Shown here piece after piece: positions 1 through 13,029 of a DNA stretch of 64,000 nucleotides. The translations under genes and the position numbers were made by a program. The notes below the pieces were generated by a model. It saw only the letters and a list, made by a program, of their open reading frames with translations, had not been told where the DNA came from and made no database searches. The DNA comes from Marsupella aquatica (lineage: Eukaryota; Plantae; Marchantiophyta): positions 11,348,238 through 11,412,237 of the forward strand of contig OZ316892.1 in the NCBI GenBank assembly GCA_973895155.1. The letters run 5' to 3'. Positions within the stretch are counted from its first letter, which is position 1. Each line of letters opens with the position of its first letter.

Positions 1-81
1 AGAAAGAGGGATGCCCATAGGAAAGAGTATGGTATGTTATAAATGTATGATTATTAAGATGATGATATACATGATAATTTT

Positions 82-325
82 TTACGGACCCACTAGACAT
101 CCCTTCCAAAATTCAAGGCTCCACAACGCGCCATGTCATCATGACGCGCTGCAAACAGATACGGATTGGTTTACAAAATAAAATTACTTCACCTTTCGTG
201 TTTGTGGCAGGATTTTGGTAAAATTGAGGATGCCATGCCGTAAACCTTGATGTAAAAATGTTTCAAAAATAACCGTTTTATTTACCCTAAGTAACCAATT
301 GTGCATTTAGAAGGAGGCCCACCCT
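82..325. repeat. Dispersed repeat (~245 bp), second copy at ~44140-44385; probably a transposon-derived segment
   Basis: TTACGGACC-CACTAGA...CAAACAGATACG-ATTGGTTTACAAAATAAAATT...GATTTTGGTAAAATTGAGGATGCCATG...GGAGGCCCACC aligns colinearly with 44140-44385. No TIR partner or TSD found. Confidence 0.75.
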
Positions 326-3076
326 GATTCGCCATTGATGAATATACTTGGATGAATTTTGTGTGTGAGTTTTGGGATGAATGTTCTCCTTCGGGCATTT
401 GGATCGGTTGGATCGGTTGGATGGATTTTATGACCAGTTAGTGGAAATTCTGAAGGTAATTCTTTCCATTTTGTTGCGCGGAAGTTGGTGGGATGGCAGT
501 GACAAGGAATTCGATGAAGAAAACACAACTTTGATCACTTTCAAGGATGCAATGTTGCAGCTTTGGGTGCTCATTTCTCTTGGCAAATTAGTCGTCATGA
601 CGGCGTTCATCGCCCTCGTCATCGTAGCTGTAAGTTTTGTGGCAAATTTGGTCATCCATAAAGGATGTGATTGCATAGCAGGACAAAACTTATGGGATAT
701 GCTGTAGTCTATGGATGAGTTGCAAGATATCGGATAGGTAGGTTGCTAAGCCATTTCCAGTCATCTTTTCAGGAAATCCTTCATTTTAACAGAGCCAATG
801 TCCACACTAACAGACTCAGAAACAACTGAAGCTAAAGCGGTGGAAATGAGAAGCTACATCGATCCCACGAGTGGTACCTCTCTGCAACAAGCTTAGGATC
901 AAACTTTGTCGGATCACGTACCTCCCTTTTGTAAGCAAATGTCTTCATTCCTGCCTATTATTATGACTCAATGAAATTTTCAAGGTTGTCGCATATCAGT
1001 TCTCATGTTTGATAATCCCTACGTCATGTCAAGTAGTTAGATGATTCTCTTGAACCCTAAACTAATTCGGACGGGGATGAAGAGCGGATCAAAGCAAGGA
1101 CTCAAAACCGAGATCGGCAGAGACTAGATCGTAGTGCTCTTATGTACCCTCTTCCTAATGGTGTTGCTTACTTTTCATGAGTGTCCAGTAAGTATTTCCA
1201 GTAGACAAAACTATGTCCAGTAATTTTGATGATCGAGTTCTTTTTTAAGTCATTAGGATCAGGGTGTTAGATGTGCCTGAGCTAGAGTACCTCAAATTAT
1301 AAATCGAGCATTGGTAAAGCACTTTTGTAACTTAGTTCAAACTAATATATTGTCTTCATTACATTCAGCACTAGCAGATCTTTGTGACTCATTGAATCAA
1401 GACAGGAAAACATTGTCGAGTACGTGTGCATGTACTACATTCGGGATTCAGAAGAGACCACCTGCACACAGGTGTCGCAAATAGCGGGGGCAAGTAGGGA
1501 TTGGGATAAAACACAATTATGCATACAAGGGATGCCGAGTAAATTGTCGATCAATCCTCGGTGAATGCAAAGTCAATTCAACAACTGGCATGGCCGGGTG
1601 ATTCCCAGGGACTTGTACGCGACCAGAGTGATCGATGGAATTGATCTTCTCGAGACTATAAGAATTGAAATCAACAATTTGAAACAGAGAATCTTGCCAT
1701 CAGAGAATCTGATCAACATTCCACATCCTAATCTTTGAGAACTGCGATTGGAGGTTATAAGCGCATCAGTATATTTGCTTAAAAGGTAACCAAGGTAATT
1801 GCAAATTAACAGTCGGTGTCATTCTATCTTTTTCAATACAAGAGCTCGATCAGATTAATTGGTGATGCAAGCAATGTCAAACTTTAATTGACTGATTCTA
1901 TTATAGTGATGCCATTTTGAGCTCAGGTTCAGCAAAAAGTTCGAGAGTCCATTTCATTCTCACAAGGGATTCAACAGCGGATAAGTAATTATGACATGAA
2001 TCAGGAATGGGACGATAAAAAACAGTTTTTCACATGTCTGTGACATAAAGTAAGCTTTGACTCATACGAAAACAGAAGGTGACCAAGTAAGAGTCCATTA
2101 AGAGCTCTTCAAAGCACCCAAGTGTTAACGGCAACGAACCCCTGCTGTTTGGGATCGGACAGGAGAGGAGTTTTATAAGATCGAGATTTTGGTGACAACG
2201 AAGCAATGGAGGAATCAATTCTTTGACATATATCTACATCATCCATTGTCCAACACATATCTTACTACTTTTCAATCTCAATCAAAACAGATAGGGGTCC
2301 ACCAACTAATTTATCATTTCATTAACCTTCAAAGAATGTGAATAATAAATATATTTTGATGACATTTTTATTATCCACCCCTCTATTCACGTTCAAAGAA
2401 TTAGTAGTTAAGGCTAGTATGAACTAATGGCTATTACTCTTCTCCAAATGATTTGGAGCACAATAGACTGCATACATGTATATGAATGAATGACTAATAG
2501 TATTCTCCAAATGATTTGGAGAATGTGGCCTGCTATGAAAATTATACAGTTTGCTCCTTCATACCACAAAACTGTCAAATAACATACACTCTATTGTGTT
2601 TAAGTGGAGGGTCCCTGATATTACAAGAAACTTCAAATAGCATACTGGACTTTATTGTGTTAACGTGCAATCTCTCTAGAAGATGCCCAAAGCTTGCACT
2701 TGTCCATAGTATGCACTATGCTATAAGTGCATGGAAAATCATTTAGACATTTATGTTGCACTACCCAATAAGTGCATGGAAATTTGGTTATGCACTTCCC
2801 TATGTGTTATCAGGTCAAATACATTGGACTCATCGTGCCCCAAGATCTCACACTGAACAATTCAACTGGATAAGGATAAGTGTATGAATTTACTTTATGT
2901 ACTTTTTGCGGTACACATCAATAAATACTTCCTATGTGTGAATAGTAGCAATTGAGAAATGGATGTGTATTCTTATGCAGAGAATGCAGTTACGTGTTTA
3001 TAGTGTAAGTGAAGTGATGAGGTGAGAGTTTACATTTTTGGTGCACTTGCAAAAGAAATTTCTATAATCTACAACT

Positions 3077-3366
3077 CTTGGGGGTCTCACTACATGGGGA
3101 CCTCCCCATCACCTGCGACGTTTTTAGGCCTTGGACCCCCTAAAATATAAGAAAAAAAATTATTTTTAACCCCTATAAAGTTGGAATATTCTTGGAATAA
3201 AAATTGGATTAAAAAGGCCCTAATGTTCTTATAAGTCTCAAAATTGAATTTAAAAGACCCTATTGTTCTTCTACAAAAATTCTTAAGTCTTCCCTTACAA
3301 CCAATAAAATGACCCTATCCTTCGTTGCACGTGATATGCCATTTTTGTGGAAGTGAAACCCCCGAG
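3077..3366. mobile_element. 290-bp MITE with 17-bp imperfect TIRs and 9-bp TSD (Mutator-like by TSD length)
   Basis: Left end CTTGGGGGTCTCACTAC; reverse complement of right end CTCGGGGGTTTCACTTC. TCTACAACT flanks both sides (3068-3076 and 3367-3375). Confidence 0.75.
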
Positions 3367-4992
3367 TCTACAACTATAATATCCAATCCCGCCATTTTTC
3401 GTCCTTCGTCCCATTACAAAATATATTTTGGGCGGGAATGATCCACAACCAATGTTAGATCTTTTGCAAGTTTTTTAATACCGTTCAATCATGGAAAAGA
3501 GACCATTAGCATTAGACATCAAAGAACAGAGGCGTATTAATATAAAGGATGATAATAAAATGCCTTTACAAAGATTATGAAGGTGTACAAAGGACGTACT
3601 CCAGAAGATCACTCTATTATGATTGTCCTTGCAAGTACGACTGTCTCTGCCACTACACTCTTCCCCTCCTCAATCCTCATGCGCTTGCTGTCCACTATTA
3701 CCCTCATAATTATAGGGACGGAAGAGTACCATCCAGGATACAAGAGGGCATCTATTATCCTCACAAGGTATGATTCTAAGTATGGGAGAGACTAGAGAGG
3801 ACCAAGGAGGGACATAGATGTCGTATAGATGGAAGAATCAAAAGTGCTCTTTTCACTTAAAGACTCGAGTTTCGATCCCTTTAAGAACAGAACTGGATTG
3901 AATTGAACATTTTTATCCTTTTGAGAGTTTTAGAGCCTCTTACTCTCTATTATTCACATTTACTCCTAATCAGTAGTAAGCAAATTAATCAAAACAACCA
4001 CAAATGGTCTTATGAGTTATAGGAGAGGATAAGCTTAAAGTGAGATGATTTGTTTAGCATTTTAACATTGCCACTCCTTAAGAAAGGACTCTGGTCTTAG
4101 CATGTATAGAATGGTAACTTGCTATCATTCTTCAATCAACCTTTCTCTTTAACCTATAATGATGCTGATTGTGGGAATTATGCTCACCAAACCCAGGGTA
4201 ATTTTCTGGTTCCAAATGCAATGATAAACTTTAAGATGCCGTCAACATGATTCGACTAAGTATGATACATAACTTAAGTCAAATTCTAAAGTTTATTCCA
4301 GTGCATGGTAATCAGTACTAATTACTCTGAAAAGGGAATTTTGCCTCTCACAAACAACATTCATCCTTGAATTGGCTAACGAATCTCGTCACAGCGAGCA
4401 AGCCTAGCAGTGAATTCGATATGAATCTCAGAAGTTAATTATTAAACTCAATCACCACAAATGTGTCATGAATTTAATCATACTTCAAAATCAAAGCTTT
4501 ACTTCCATACAAGACCTTGACTCTCCAAGTCTTGTTACAATGGAAAGAGGAGAATTAATCAGCAAATTTCACACTGAATAAGATTCTCTCCCGCCATGGA
4601 GTAACTCTAAAAGACTTTATAGGTTTGGAAGCCTAACATAAAGGAGGTATAGAAAGGTATACCCTTTTGAGACTAAAAAAACTTGACAAAATATGATTCT
4701 AATACTAAATTCCAACAAAAACTAAGTCTAAGTGTTGAAATGGCTAAGTGTCATTAAACTTTTCTAATAGAATATAAGATTTGACTAGATTTCTATATTT
4801 TTAATTCCTAATAAATAACACCCAAAATGCTGATTTTCCTACAGTGGCTTGTACTACCTTCAATCTGCAAGCAGGAAAAATCTCAGACTTTTCTGAGTAG
4901 TCTAAGTATTTCAAAGAAATCGGACAAAAGTGCTATTGGATGAAAATGTAGCATAACCTAAAATTTTCTAAGTGCGGGAAGAAAAAAAGGTG

Positions 4993-5156
4993 GACGCTTT
5001 GTGAAGTCTCAGTATTTGAATGGACGCTTTGTGAAGCGTCGGCATCTTCTCTTAGTTGGGGCTGGGGACGCTTTCAAAAGTGTCGAGGTCTTCTCTTCGT
5101 CGGGGGTAGATGCTTCGTGAGGCGTCCTGAAACTGTTGGACGCTTTGTGAAGCGTC
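4993..5156. repeat. Five 18-bp imperfect palindromes GACGCTT-N4-AAGCGTC
   Basis: Copies start at about 4993, 5023, 5067, 5109 and 5139. Confidence 0.8.
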
Positions 5157-6603
5157 GACAGAAAGTAAAAAATTAAGTTTTTGGTACCTTAAAAACTTCA
5201 TAACTCCTTAACGGTTGGTCCGATGAAGCTCAAACTTTGCCAAGGTGATCTCCTATATCTATTCTATCTGCTACCAAGATTTCTGAGATTTCTGAGATCC
5301 TTATCAATTAAAATAAAATAGGAGAAGATGCAACTTCTTAATCTGCGTCAAACACTTAGAATCTGTTTCTTCACAAAAAGATTGCAAAAATCCGGGAATA
5401 AGCTTCAAATGAGGTAATCTAAACAAAATGTCCATCCACAGTAGACTCAAATAGAAAAGTAAAGGAAAGGGAGAGAGGCCCAAGGAGAGAGAGAAAGAGA
5501 GGCTAAAAGACAAAAAAGTGGATAAAGATAATGAAAAAACAAACAAACAAAAGAAAAAAAATTGGAGAAAATTTTAAAATTAAAAATGTAGGAAAGGAAT
5601 GGGGAGGAAAGAGTATCCTATTTTTAATTTTTATTAAAAGGATCAACGAATTTTCATGAGCAAAAGAGGAGCGAGCATCAAGGAGTTTCTTTATTGTAGA
5701 TGGTACCTTTTCCCCAAACATCATCTTTCACACAATAGAGTCTTTGCACAATGACATATTCTTTACAAGAAAAATCTTTCACAAAACATCTTTTAAACAA
5801 TGATATTGTTTACACAAAGATGTACTTTGTTCAATTTTAATTTTTTGGTCAATAATATTGCTTTTACATTGACATTTTTTTTGTAACAACATATTTTCAA
5901 CAATGAAATCATTTATAGAACAACATTTTTGGAACAATTTATTTTACGCAAATGACATCTTTTCCGTAAATAACAGATTTTTTGTAATGTTATCTTTTTC
6001 GCAAATGACACCTTGTATGCAAATGACATCTTTTTTGCAATGACATCTTTTTCACATATGATATGTTTTTCACATTGATAATTTTTGTGCAACGCATAGG
6101 TATTGAGCTAGTAATTAGAGAATAAGTATGTTTTATACATTGATAATTTTTGCATAACACACAGGTATTAAGCTAGTAATTAGAGAATAATTGGTCAGCT
6201 TATTCTTGACCACAAGACACAAACATACACGTGGAACATTGTACATAGACACAAACATACACGTGGAGCATTGTACATATGTTAAATTCTCTAACAGGTG
6301 AATAGCTCCGGAGACACCAACCCAAATGTTTACAGTTTGAACAGACGTCCAGGATATTCTGATCTATTTAATTTACATCATCGCCATGCCCAGCCTACGG
6401 TACCGTTGGACAGACGACACTAGGACACAGGATTGGCAAGTTTCTCTGCGCTATTTTCGTTGTATACTAACACCAATACTACAGTCCGGTAGTGGGACTT
6501 TTCTTCACCATAAGCAAATACAGCATGTGAAGGGTGGTTTTCAAGAAGGGAGCTAGGAAGGTATTACGGCAACGAGAGTCCCACGTATACACAACCCTCA
6601 GCA

Positions 6604-6723
6604 GATTGGTGTAGGGCACTAACCAAAGCTCTAGTTTTCGAGGAGGGAATAGAGCTATTATGATTGGTGTAGGGCACTAACCAAAGCTCTAGTTTTCGAG
6701 GAGGGAATAGAGCTATTATGATT
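6604..6723. repeat. Perfect tandem duplication, period ~58 bp
   Basis: GATTGGTGTAGGGCACTAACCAAAGCTCTAGTTTTCGAGGAGGGAATAGAGCTATTAT occurs twice. Confidence 0.9.
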
Positions 6724-7352
6724 CGAGTAATTCCTGAAGTTGATGGGAAAGGTCTAGCCATTTCCATCAATGACTTGAAGGAGTTGCCATAAGTTACTGA
6801 AAGGTATTTCGAGGAGTCAACTAAGAGTGTTCAGCGTTTGATCGTGACAGAGAAAGATAGCGGCACAGAGATGAGAACGATGCTCCTTGGGGCAAATTGG
6901 GGTTCGGACTGTGTCCAGTCCCGGAAAACCGAAGGCAAAATGGGGAGGACTTCACAAATCGGAGAGCTCGCTGCACGTACCAGGGACATTATAGACATTT
7001 GACGCCGCTAGAATAAACAAGCTGGAGCATCAGGCCGGGCCCATGAGGGCCTGAGAAACAAGGGATCGTGATTCAAGGCCATAGCTCAGAATTTCAGGGA
7101 AATCGGACCCAACACACGCAACTAGTTGAGAACAGTGGAAAATACCGAATCGTACGTGAGGAGAGGCAGCGACCAGGCTTTGTGGATTTGAAGAGACTAC
7201 TGAATTTAGAGTGTTTAGGTGATTCGAAGGTGCTCAGGTATGCCAGCTAACTGAGACAGTACGTTGGAGACTGAAAAGAAAAGGCTACCAAACAGCAGCG
7301 TGAATTTGAACGAGCTTAACTTCCCGATGTGAACTATCCCCGTGCCCAATAG

Positions 7353-10206
7353 TTAGAAAGGCGACCTTTTTTGGCTGGCGAGCTCGTCTTCGTTGAGGAA
7401 GATTCCGTGGAACCCGTAAGGGACTCGAGCTGGAAGCGTTATGGTGGCAACTGGCTCCAGTGTTGGAGATCTGGCATCAAACATACCCATAGTGGACACA
7501 TCGGTAGTTTCGTTATGCAAGTAGGTAACCACATATCCATCGTCTTCAGACTCGGAATCATCAGCTCCCTCAACTCTTGGCACGAAGAGAGTCTCAGATC
7601 CAAAGCAACCGGGGGGAAACTTCCTGACCCCTACCTCCGCAGATCCAGCTGGTGCCTCGAGATCCAACTTGACGATCCCGGACATCTTCGGCGATGGTCC
7701 ATTCAAGGGCAGATAGACGTACCTCGACTTCCGACCGTAGAATCTTTTATTGATACGTCCCAATTCCAAATTCCAATCCGAGATTCGTCTTTGAGAACTC
7801 CTCCCTGTCTTCATATTCAGCCGGAATTCAGTGACGAAACTTGTCACCTTAGCGGTATTGTTGAACACTCTAGATGCGGGGCTACTGTTTCCCCCAATAA
7901 TTACGACGTCGTCACCCTCCTCCCATGCGTTCAAGTAATGAAAACAGCACACACCCGGAATTGAAAACCATACTACAGCCGAGTCATTGGTTGCATACTT
8001 CGGAAGAACTCCAAACCTGTGAGCTTTCCCCTCGTCAATGGTCACTGGGCTTCTACCAGCCAACATTTCCGTAAGCCGGAACACCATGATTGGGTCTGTG
8101 ATCACAGCATAATTTTCGGTAATCGCAAAATCGTGAATCAAGACAGGCTCCTTAACGTTTATGGCCACGGGTGGCAACATTTTCCCGTCGGGGGTTGTGT
8201 ACCAGTATTTTACGTGAGGTTTATCGAGAACGTTGTAGCTGTACGAAAACATCTCCCCGGTAGTTACGTCAATTTTGGGATGTGCAGTCATGGTCTCTAA
8301 TTTATAGGGGCCCGAGATGTCGTAGTGGCCCAATGTTTCCAGGTCGCCGTCATGCGAAATGGCGATGGCGTAAGGCATGTCGTCCTCGGATATGGCGAGC
8401 AGTTTGCCGTTGTAGAATGCTAGCCCTGCATTAGCTACTCCTAAACCCTGGGATCGTTCCAGAACTCCTGCGCTTCCACGCAGATTGAAAAGGCCAAGTC
8501 GAGCAAGTCCAATCCAGCCTATCAGCTGGCCCATGACGTAGGGGTACAGCGTATGCCCCGCGGCCTTCTCCTGCAACACGTACCAAGTTCAAAGATTCAC
8601 GTACTAGAAAGTACTTACAAAAAAAACCCGAGACCAGTAGAAATCCGGGCCTCCTTGCCCCTGACGAATTGTTCAATCGCCCACAACATTATCATTTCCC
8701 CACGTCATACAAGACATGACCGGGCCAACCAACCAGAAACTACAGACCGAGTTACCAGGGGTTGGCCACTAGCCAGGGCTCCTCCAAATCACTCAGAATA
8801 TTTACAGAATTAAACAAATACAGCAATTGACAAATTCTATCGAGAGAAAACTTCGAATCCCAAGCCAGGTAGCTATCTAACAAAGGATCAGATGAATGGG
8901 AACTCGACCGTGGGCAGACAGAGGAACAGATAGATCGTCCTAGAAGAGAAGAGAAGAGAAGAGAAGAGAAGAGAAGAGATACAAGGTGAATCAATTCCCG
9001 CACATGAAAACAGCGAACGAACGAATAGTCATTCACACAACCCTTCACATCCACAGACCCACAAAGGTCCCGGATTGACGCACAATGATATCTCGAACGA
9101 AAGTATGAATAGACGAAGAGCATGACTTCCGGGTAAACCAGAGAAATCCACTATCACGAGCGCATGGGACGCGCAGAAGAGATCGAGGAGATGATGACGG
9201 AAGGAAGAACACGAACGTTGAAAGGTATTCAAGTGCGCTCTTGGGTACAGGGCAGTCATAGAAATATTAAACAAGTCCAAATATCATGATGACAAGTAGA
9301 TCATCGGACTGGTTTTAAAGTCAGAGTAAGCACCAGTGTCAACTAGACCGGAATTTCAGGAAGGAGAAACCAAGGTACTGAATAATATGGAGATGAAACA
9401 CAGTACAAAAACCGCACAAAACTCTGCTGCCCTTCTTGATGGTCAAGAGAGTGATGGACTCGGGAAATTTGACTTACCTTAAGGTATCGGTAAGTGCGAG
9501 TAAACCGGCAGCAGTAGCTTGGGATGCCATCCTTAATTCTCACAGCATGCAGCATACCATCGCCATCGAACACGTGGTATCCACCTGACGGATTGAACTG
9601 CGGATTGGACCCGTTTCTTATATAAATTCCATTCAAGCACTCCGGAATGGTCCCAGTGACCTCCAGCCCGGAAGTGGGAGGACATTCGTTGGCTACAGGA
9701 GCGAAGTTGTCCACCAGCTGGACCACTGAATCAGCGAAACTGGGCAGGTTATCGGGTTCAATGAACGTCAGCAAGCTATCGGCCATATTCGCCAACGCGG
9801 ACATAGGATCCGGTGAATTCGCTACTCTCTGCAGCGCATTTTCCATCCTCTTTACTTTAGTCGTCGGTGCTCTTTGTGAGATCTTCAGCCGAGAAGAGGA
9901 ACGAGAGGCCGGGGCGTCAGGTAGAGTTAGTGTTGGTTCCCGCGAATTCAAGGCTTGCTGCTGCTGATTGCGCTCTACGGTCGATGCAGGGCGACCACCC
10001 GTAGTGCTCGCAACGGGGCTCTCATCCTGATGCGGTTGACCAGTCTTGATCTCGGTCCTCAGAGCGCGCGTTGCGAAGGTCGGTTTGGTAAATTCTCCTG
10101 CGATGTGTTTCTTTTGCACCGAAACGCTCTGCTCCAGGGGACGAGCTCCCCTCGAGAATGACGAGCCACCGCTTCTAAACGTTCTCCTTGGCATAGCTGG
10201 CCTCAT
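7353..10206 (-). CDS. Carotenoid cleavage dioxygenase, NCED/CCD4 clade, with probable plastid transit peptide; 2 exons (10206-9478, 8570-7353), ~648 aa
   Basis: RPE65/CCD motifs DNFAPV, GIYIRNGSNP, FDGDGMLHAV, ANAGL, SEDDMPY, EDDGYV. All four Fe-binding His are present (TAHPK, IHDFAIT, FHYLNAWE, PYGFHG). Phase-0 intron AAG|GTAAGT...TTGCAG|GAG joins YRYLK to EKAAG. N-terminus is Ser/Arg/Thr-rich. Confidence 0.93.
8943..8978. repeat. (AGAAG)n microsatellite in the CCD intron
   Basis: About seven tandem GAAGA units are directly visible. Confidence 0.9.
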
Positions 10207-12487
10207 CTTGCCGAAGTCAAGGTGTATGCCGAAATGAAGTAGTCGGGAGACTCAGTCACCGCTGCTCTTCTTCTGTCCCTACAAACTACTCCGGCCTTGC
10301 TTTGCTATGCTCTCGCAAATGAGCAAACAGACATCACTCACCTCATCAAGAATCTAGCTGAAAGGTTGTGCAGCACCACACTTGTACTGCGACTGAATGT
10401 AAGGAATGACGTTCGACCTCTCCATCGCCATGCTTGCCCTCTAGTAGCTGCAACGAGAGCCGACAATACCTCCTAGGGCACGTCTGAAAAACTGGCCGGG
10501 CTAGCTGGAATTTCCATCGCAGAAATTCGTCGCCGTCGTGGTCTCGGATATATCGCATTGTGAAGTGAAGAGCGAAATTGCCGGCTCCACGGCAACGAAA
10601 ACGGACCTGTAGAGGACAAATCGATAGACGGACGTGGATGGTCCCGGATTGCTAGATCGTTGCGATAGAGCCTTGGGACCCGCTCTTGTAGACCACACAC
10701 TAGCTGCCGGGCTCATCATACGCACAAACAGTCAAACAGTGAGGTCGCAGACAGAGACCTAGAGAATTCAAGAAGTGGAGTGAAATTGTAGAGCGCACCT
10801 ACTCGTTCCGGGAAAGGAGGTTACTCAACTCTCGCCATTCCCTCTGTTCCAAAGAAAATGCCGAAAATGCCGATAATGGTTCGATGTCCGGGATACTGTT
10901 CATTATCTACAGTCCATTGCTGTCTGCAGGGTGATTGCATCCTATCGTTCTCTTCGCATGCGACCAATTTGGGGAATCTTCGCATACGACTAATTTGGTG
11001 AATCTTGTCCCCATTTCAAACCCCATGCACAGTTTACACCACCCGGATCCTGCTCCGTCAAAATGCTTCTTCGTCAGCCAGCGCGACACCGATCTACACA
11101 AATATCTCATCAGTCGTTTTTCTCAGCTCTTGCTCCCTCTCCGTCTCGCTCTCTTTCAATTACGGACAGGTTGACACCGCGAATCAATCCAGGGAACGTC
11201 ACTTCTAGCAAGTTTTCGTAGGCAACTTTCTATTGGGCTGTCGACGACATTTAAACCGGGAATCACTCCACGCCACGATAGTTTGAGCAGATTTTCGCGG
11301 GTAAAATTTCTGCTGGGCTGTTGATGACATCGTTCGATGATTCGATTAAATTGCATGGAATACCACGTGGGTGGCGCATGGAAATTACTCATCCCGCGCA
11401 ACATCGATTTCCGCTCTTTCAGCGAGAAGCCGAGAAGTTCAATTTGCCGTTGGTGTGAGCCGGTGCATCGTATATAGGTACTGCTACCTGGGACCTGGGA
11501 AAGGATTCTGAAGGGGGGCCCATGGAACGCCATGTGGTTAACTAAGAGTAGTATTCCATCAGCCCTTGACCCGGCTCTCACCCTCAAACTTTCGTCACCC
11601 CGAAGTGCATTTGAGGGCAAGTCCGAGTCTCATTCCATGGCGCCCGCATCATTTGATGAGGGTGAATTATCAATTGACTGTAACCGGGTGTTGAACGACG
11701 GTGTGAGGGTTTCGGCTAACGGTGTGCAAAGGGGAACGAGTGGTGCCAGTTCTCGATATGCACCTTGAAGGTTTTGCGTCTGAACAAAGGCGAACGAAAG
11801 GTTTTGCGTGTTTGGCAGAGTACCCGTATCTGAATGAATCTTTGGATTGGATCTGATTTCGATAGAGAATGTTTGGAGCTCGTCGATGCGTGTGCGTTTG
11901 GGCAGAAATGGGCTGAACAGCTGAGCTGTGCTCGATCGCAGTTGAGCTGAACTGTGGTGCATATGAAATTGGGAAGGCAGATGGGTGTCGTGAATCGAGT
12001 CTTTTGAGTGTAGGTCTCACTGTCTGTAGGCCTGGCGGTGTAATTCAAGACCCCATCTCTTGGTGCATTTGCTTCTGTCTTCGTCTTTGTAATCCCTGCT
12101 GGGACATGGTCGTAGTAAGCGGAAGAGGTGACCAGGTCCCGGATTTATCTTATCCTGAGGTTTGTGTATGAGCAGGATCTATATTTTGGGACGCAGTAGT
12201 GCATGGGAGATACCGGTCATCTGTTTGGGGTACGAGATTTCAGTCATGGTACGTAGTGGAGTAAGATGTATTTGCTAATTGGGAGCTTTTACTTGATTTG
12301 CGAACTGGGAGCTTGGATTTACAGAGAAGAATTGGTGTTCACTACCTCATACTCTCGAATTACAGCGTTGGCTAGGTGAATTGTAAATCTTCGTCCAGTT
12401 GTACTATGTTTGAGATCGTAGCAGTTGACCCCAAGCGTTTGTCCTTAATGTAATTAGCAGAGATGATCTTGTGCTCTTGTGTTGGTC

Positions 12488-13029
12488 TGATTGGGAGTTA
12501 AGATTGCAGAATGCAAGCAGCTCGCAACTGCTGCAAAATTATGGATGGAAGGATACCAGGCTCTTACAGTCCAAGGTGTTGAGGAATTACCGGATGCTGA
12601 GAAGGTTACCATGGGCCCAAAGGTACAGAAGACACAACTGCTTAGCTTAATTATTGTCCGCCCCCTTATAAAATTATGTCCAGGTGTGTCGTAGGTGCGT
12701 GACATCCTTGAACAATCACTCATTGCTTTGTGAATCTGTAACTCTTTTCCAAGGTCGATGTGGGGTTACAGAGCAAATTTTTGGTTATCGTAAAGTTCAT
12801 TGGGACGGTGTGACGGTGGCAAAGGCCTTTGCAAAGTAGCCTACAGATCCCGGTCCTCCTATCTACACCCCACTGGAATTCCCATTGTTCTTTCTTCTTT
12901 TAAGTATGGATGAATGCGATGTTGGAGGACGGAAACAATCTTGCCACGAACTAGAAGGTGTGGAGGGCATGAAGCTTGATCGAGGCTATATATCCCCTTA
13001 CTTTCTTTCAGATGTTAAGCCCAAAAGCT
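12488..13029 (+). pseudogene. HSP60: Captured, decayed exons of mitochondrial chaperonin 60 (GroEL/Hsp60) inside the Harbinger element
   Basis: Three blocks translate to QGVEELPDAEKVTMGPK (to 12622, followed by GT), GRCGVTEQIFGYRKVHWDGVTVAKAF (12753-12836), and AG|DGNNL...[19 protein letters not shown] (12928-13029, followed by GTAAG). They match plant Hsp60 GVEELADAVKVTMGPK / [24 protein letters not shown] / [25 protein letters not shown]. Frameshifts and a large internal deletion are present. Confidence 0.9.

Larger units (their letters stand above)
3068..6111 (+). mobile_element. Putative non-autonomous Helitron D (pairing of 5' and 3' ends uncertain)
   Basis: After removing the MITE, the 5' end A|TCTACAACTATAATA...CCCGCCA...CGTC matches the Helitron 5' end at 29277. 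The 3' end is GTGCAACGCAT-AGGTATTGAG-CTAG|T (CTAG at 6108-6111), preceded by GACATC-rich repeats. The 3' end plus flank is tandemly duplicated (second CTAG 6173-6176). Confidence 0.55.

Noticed and set aside
381-707. 108-aa hydrophobic ORF
   Set aside because: No recognisable motif or splice structure, and it adjoins a dispersed repeat.
4993-5156. CRISPR-like palindromic repeat array
   Set aside because: Repeats are only 18 bp and degenerate, spacers are short, unequal and partly similar to each other, there are no cas genes, and the context is plant nuclear DNA.
7371-8300. Plus-strand ORFs of 197 and 93 aa
   Set aside because: Antisense shadows of CCD exon 2.
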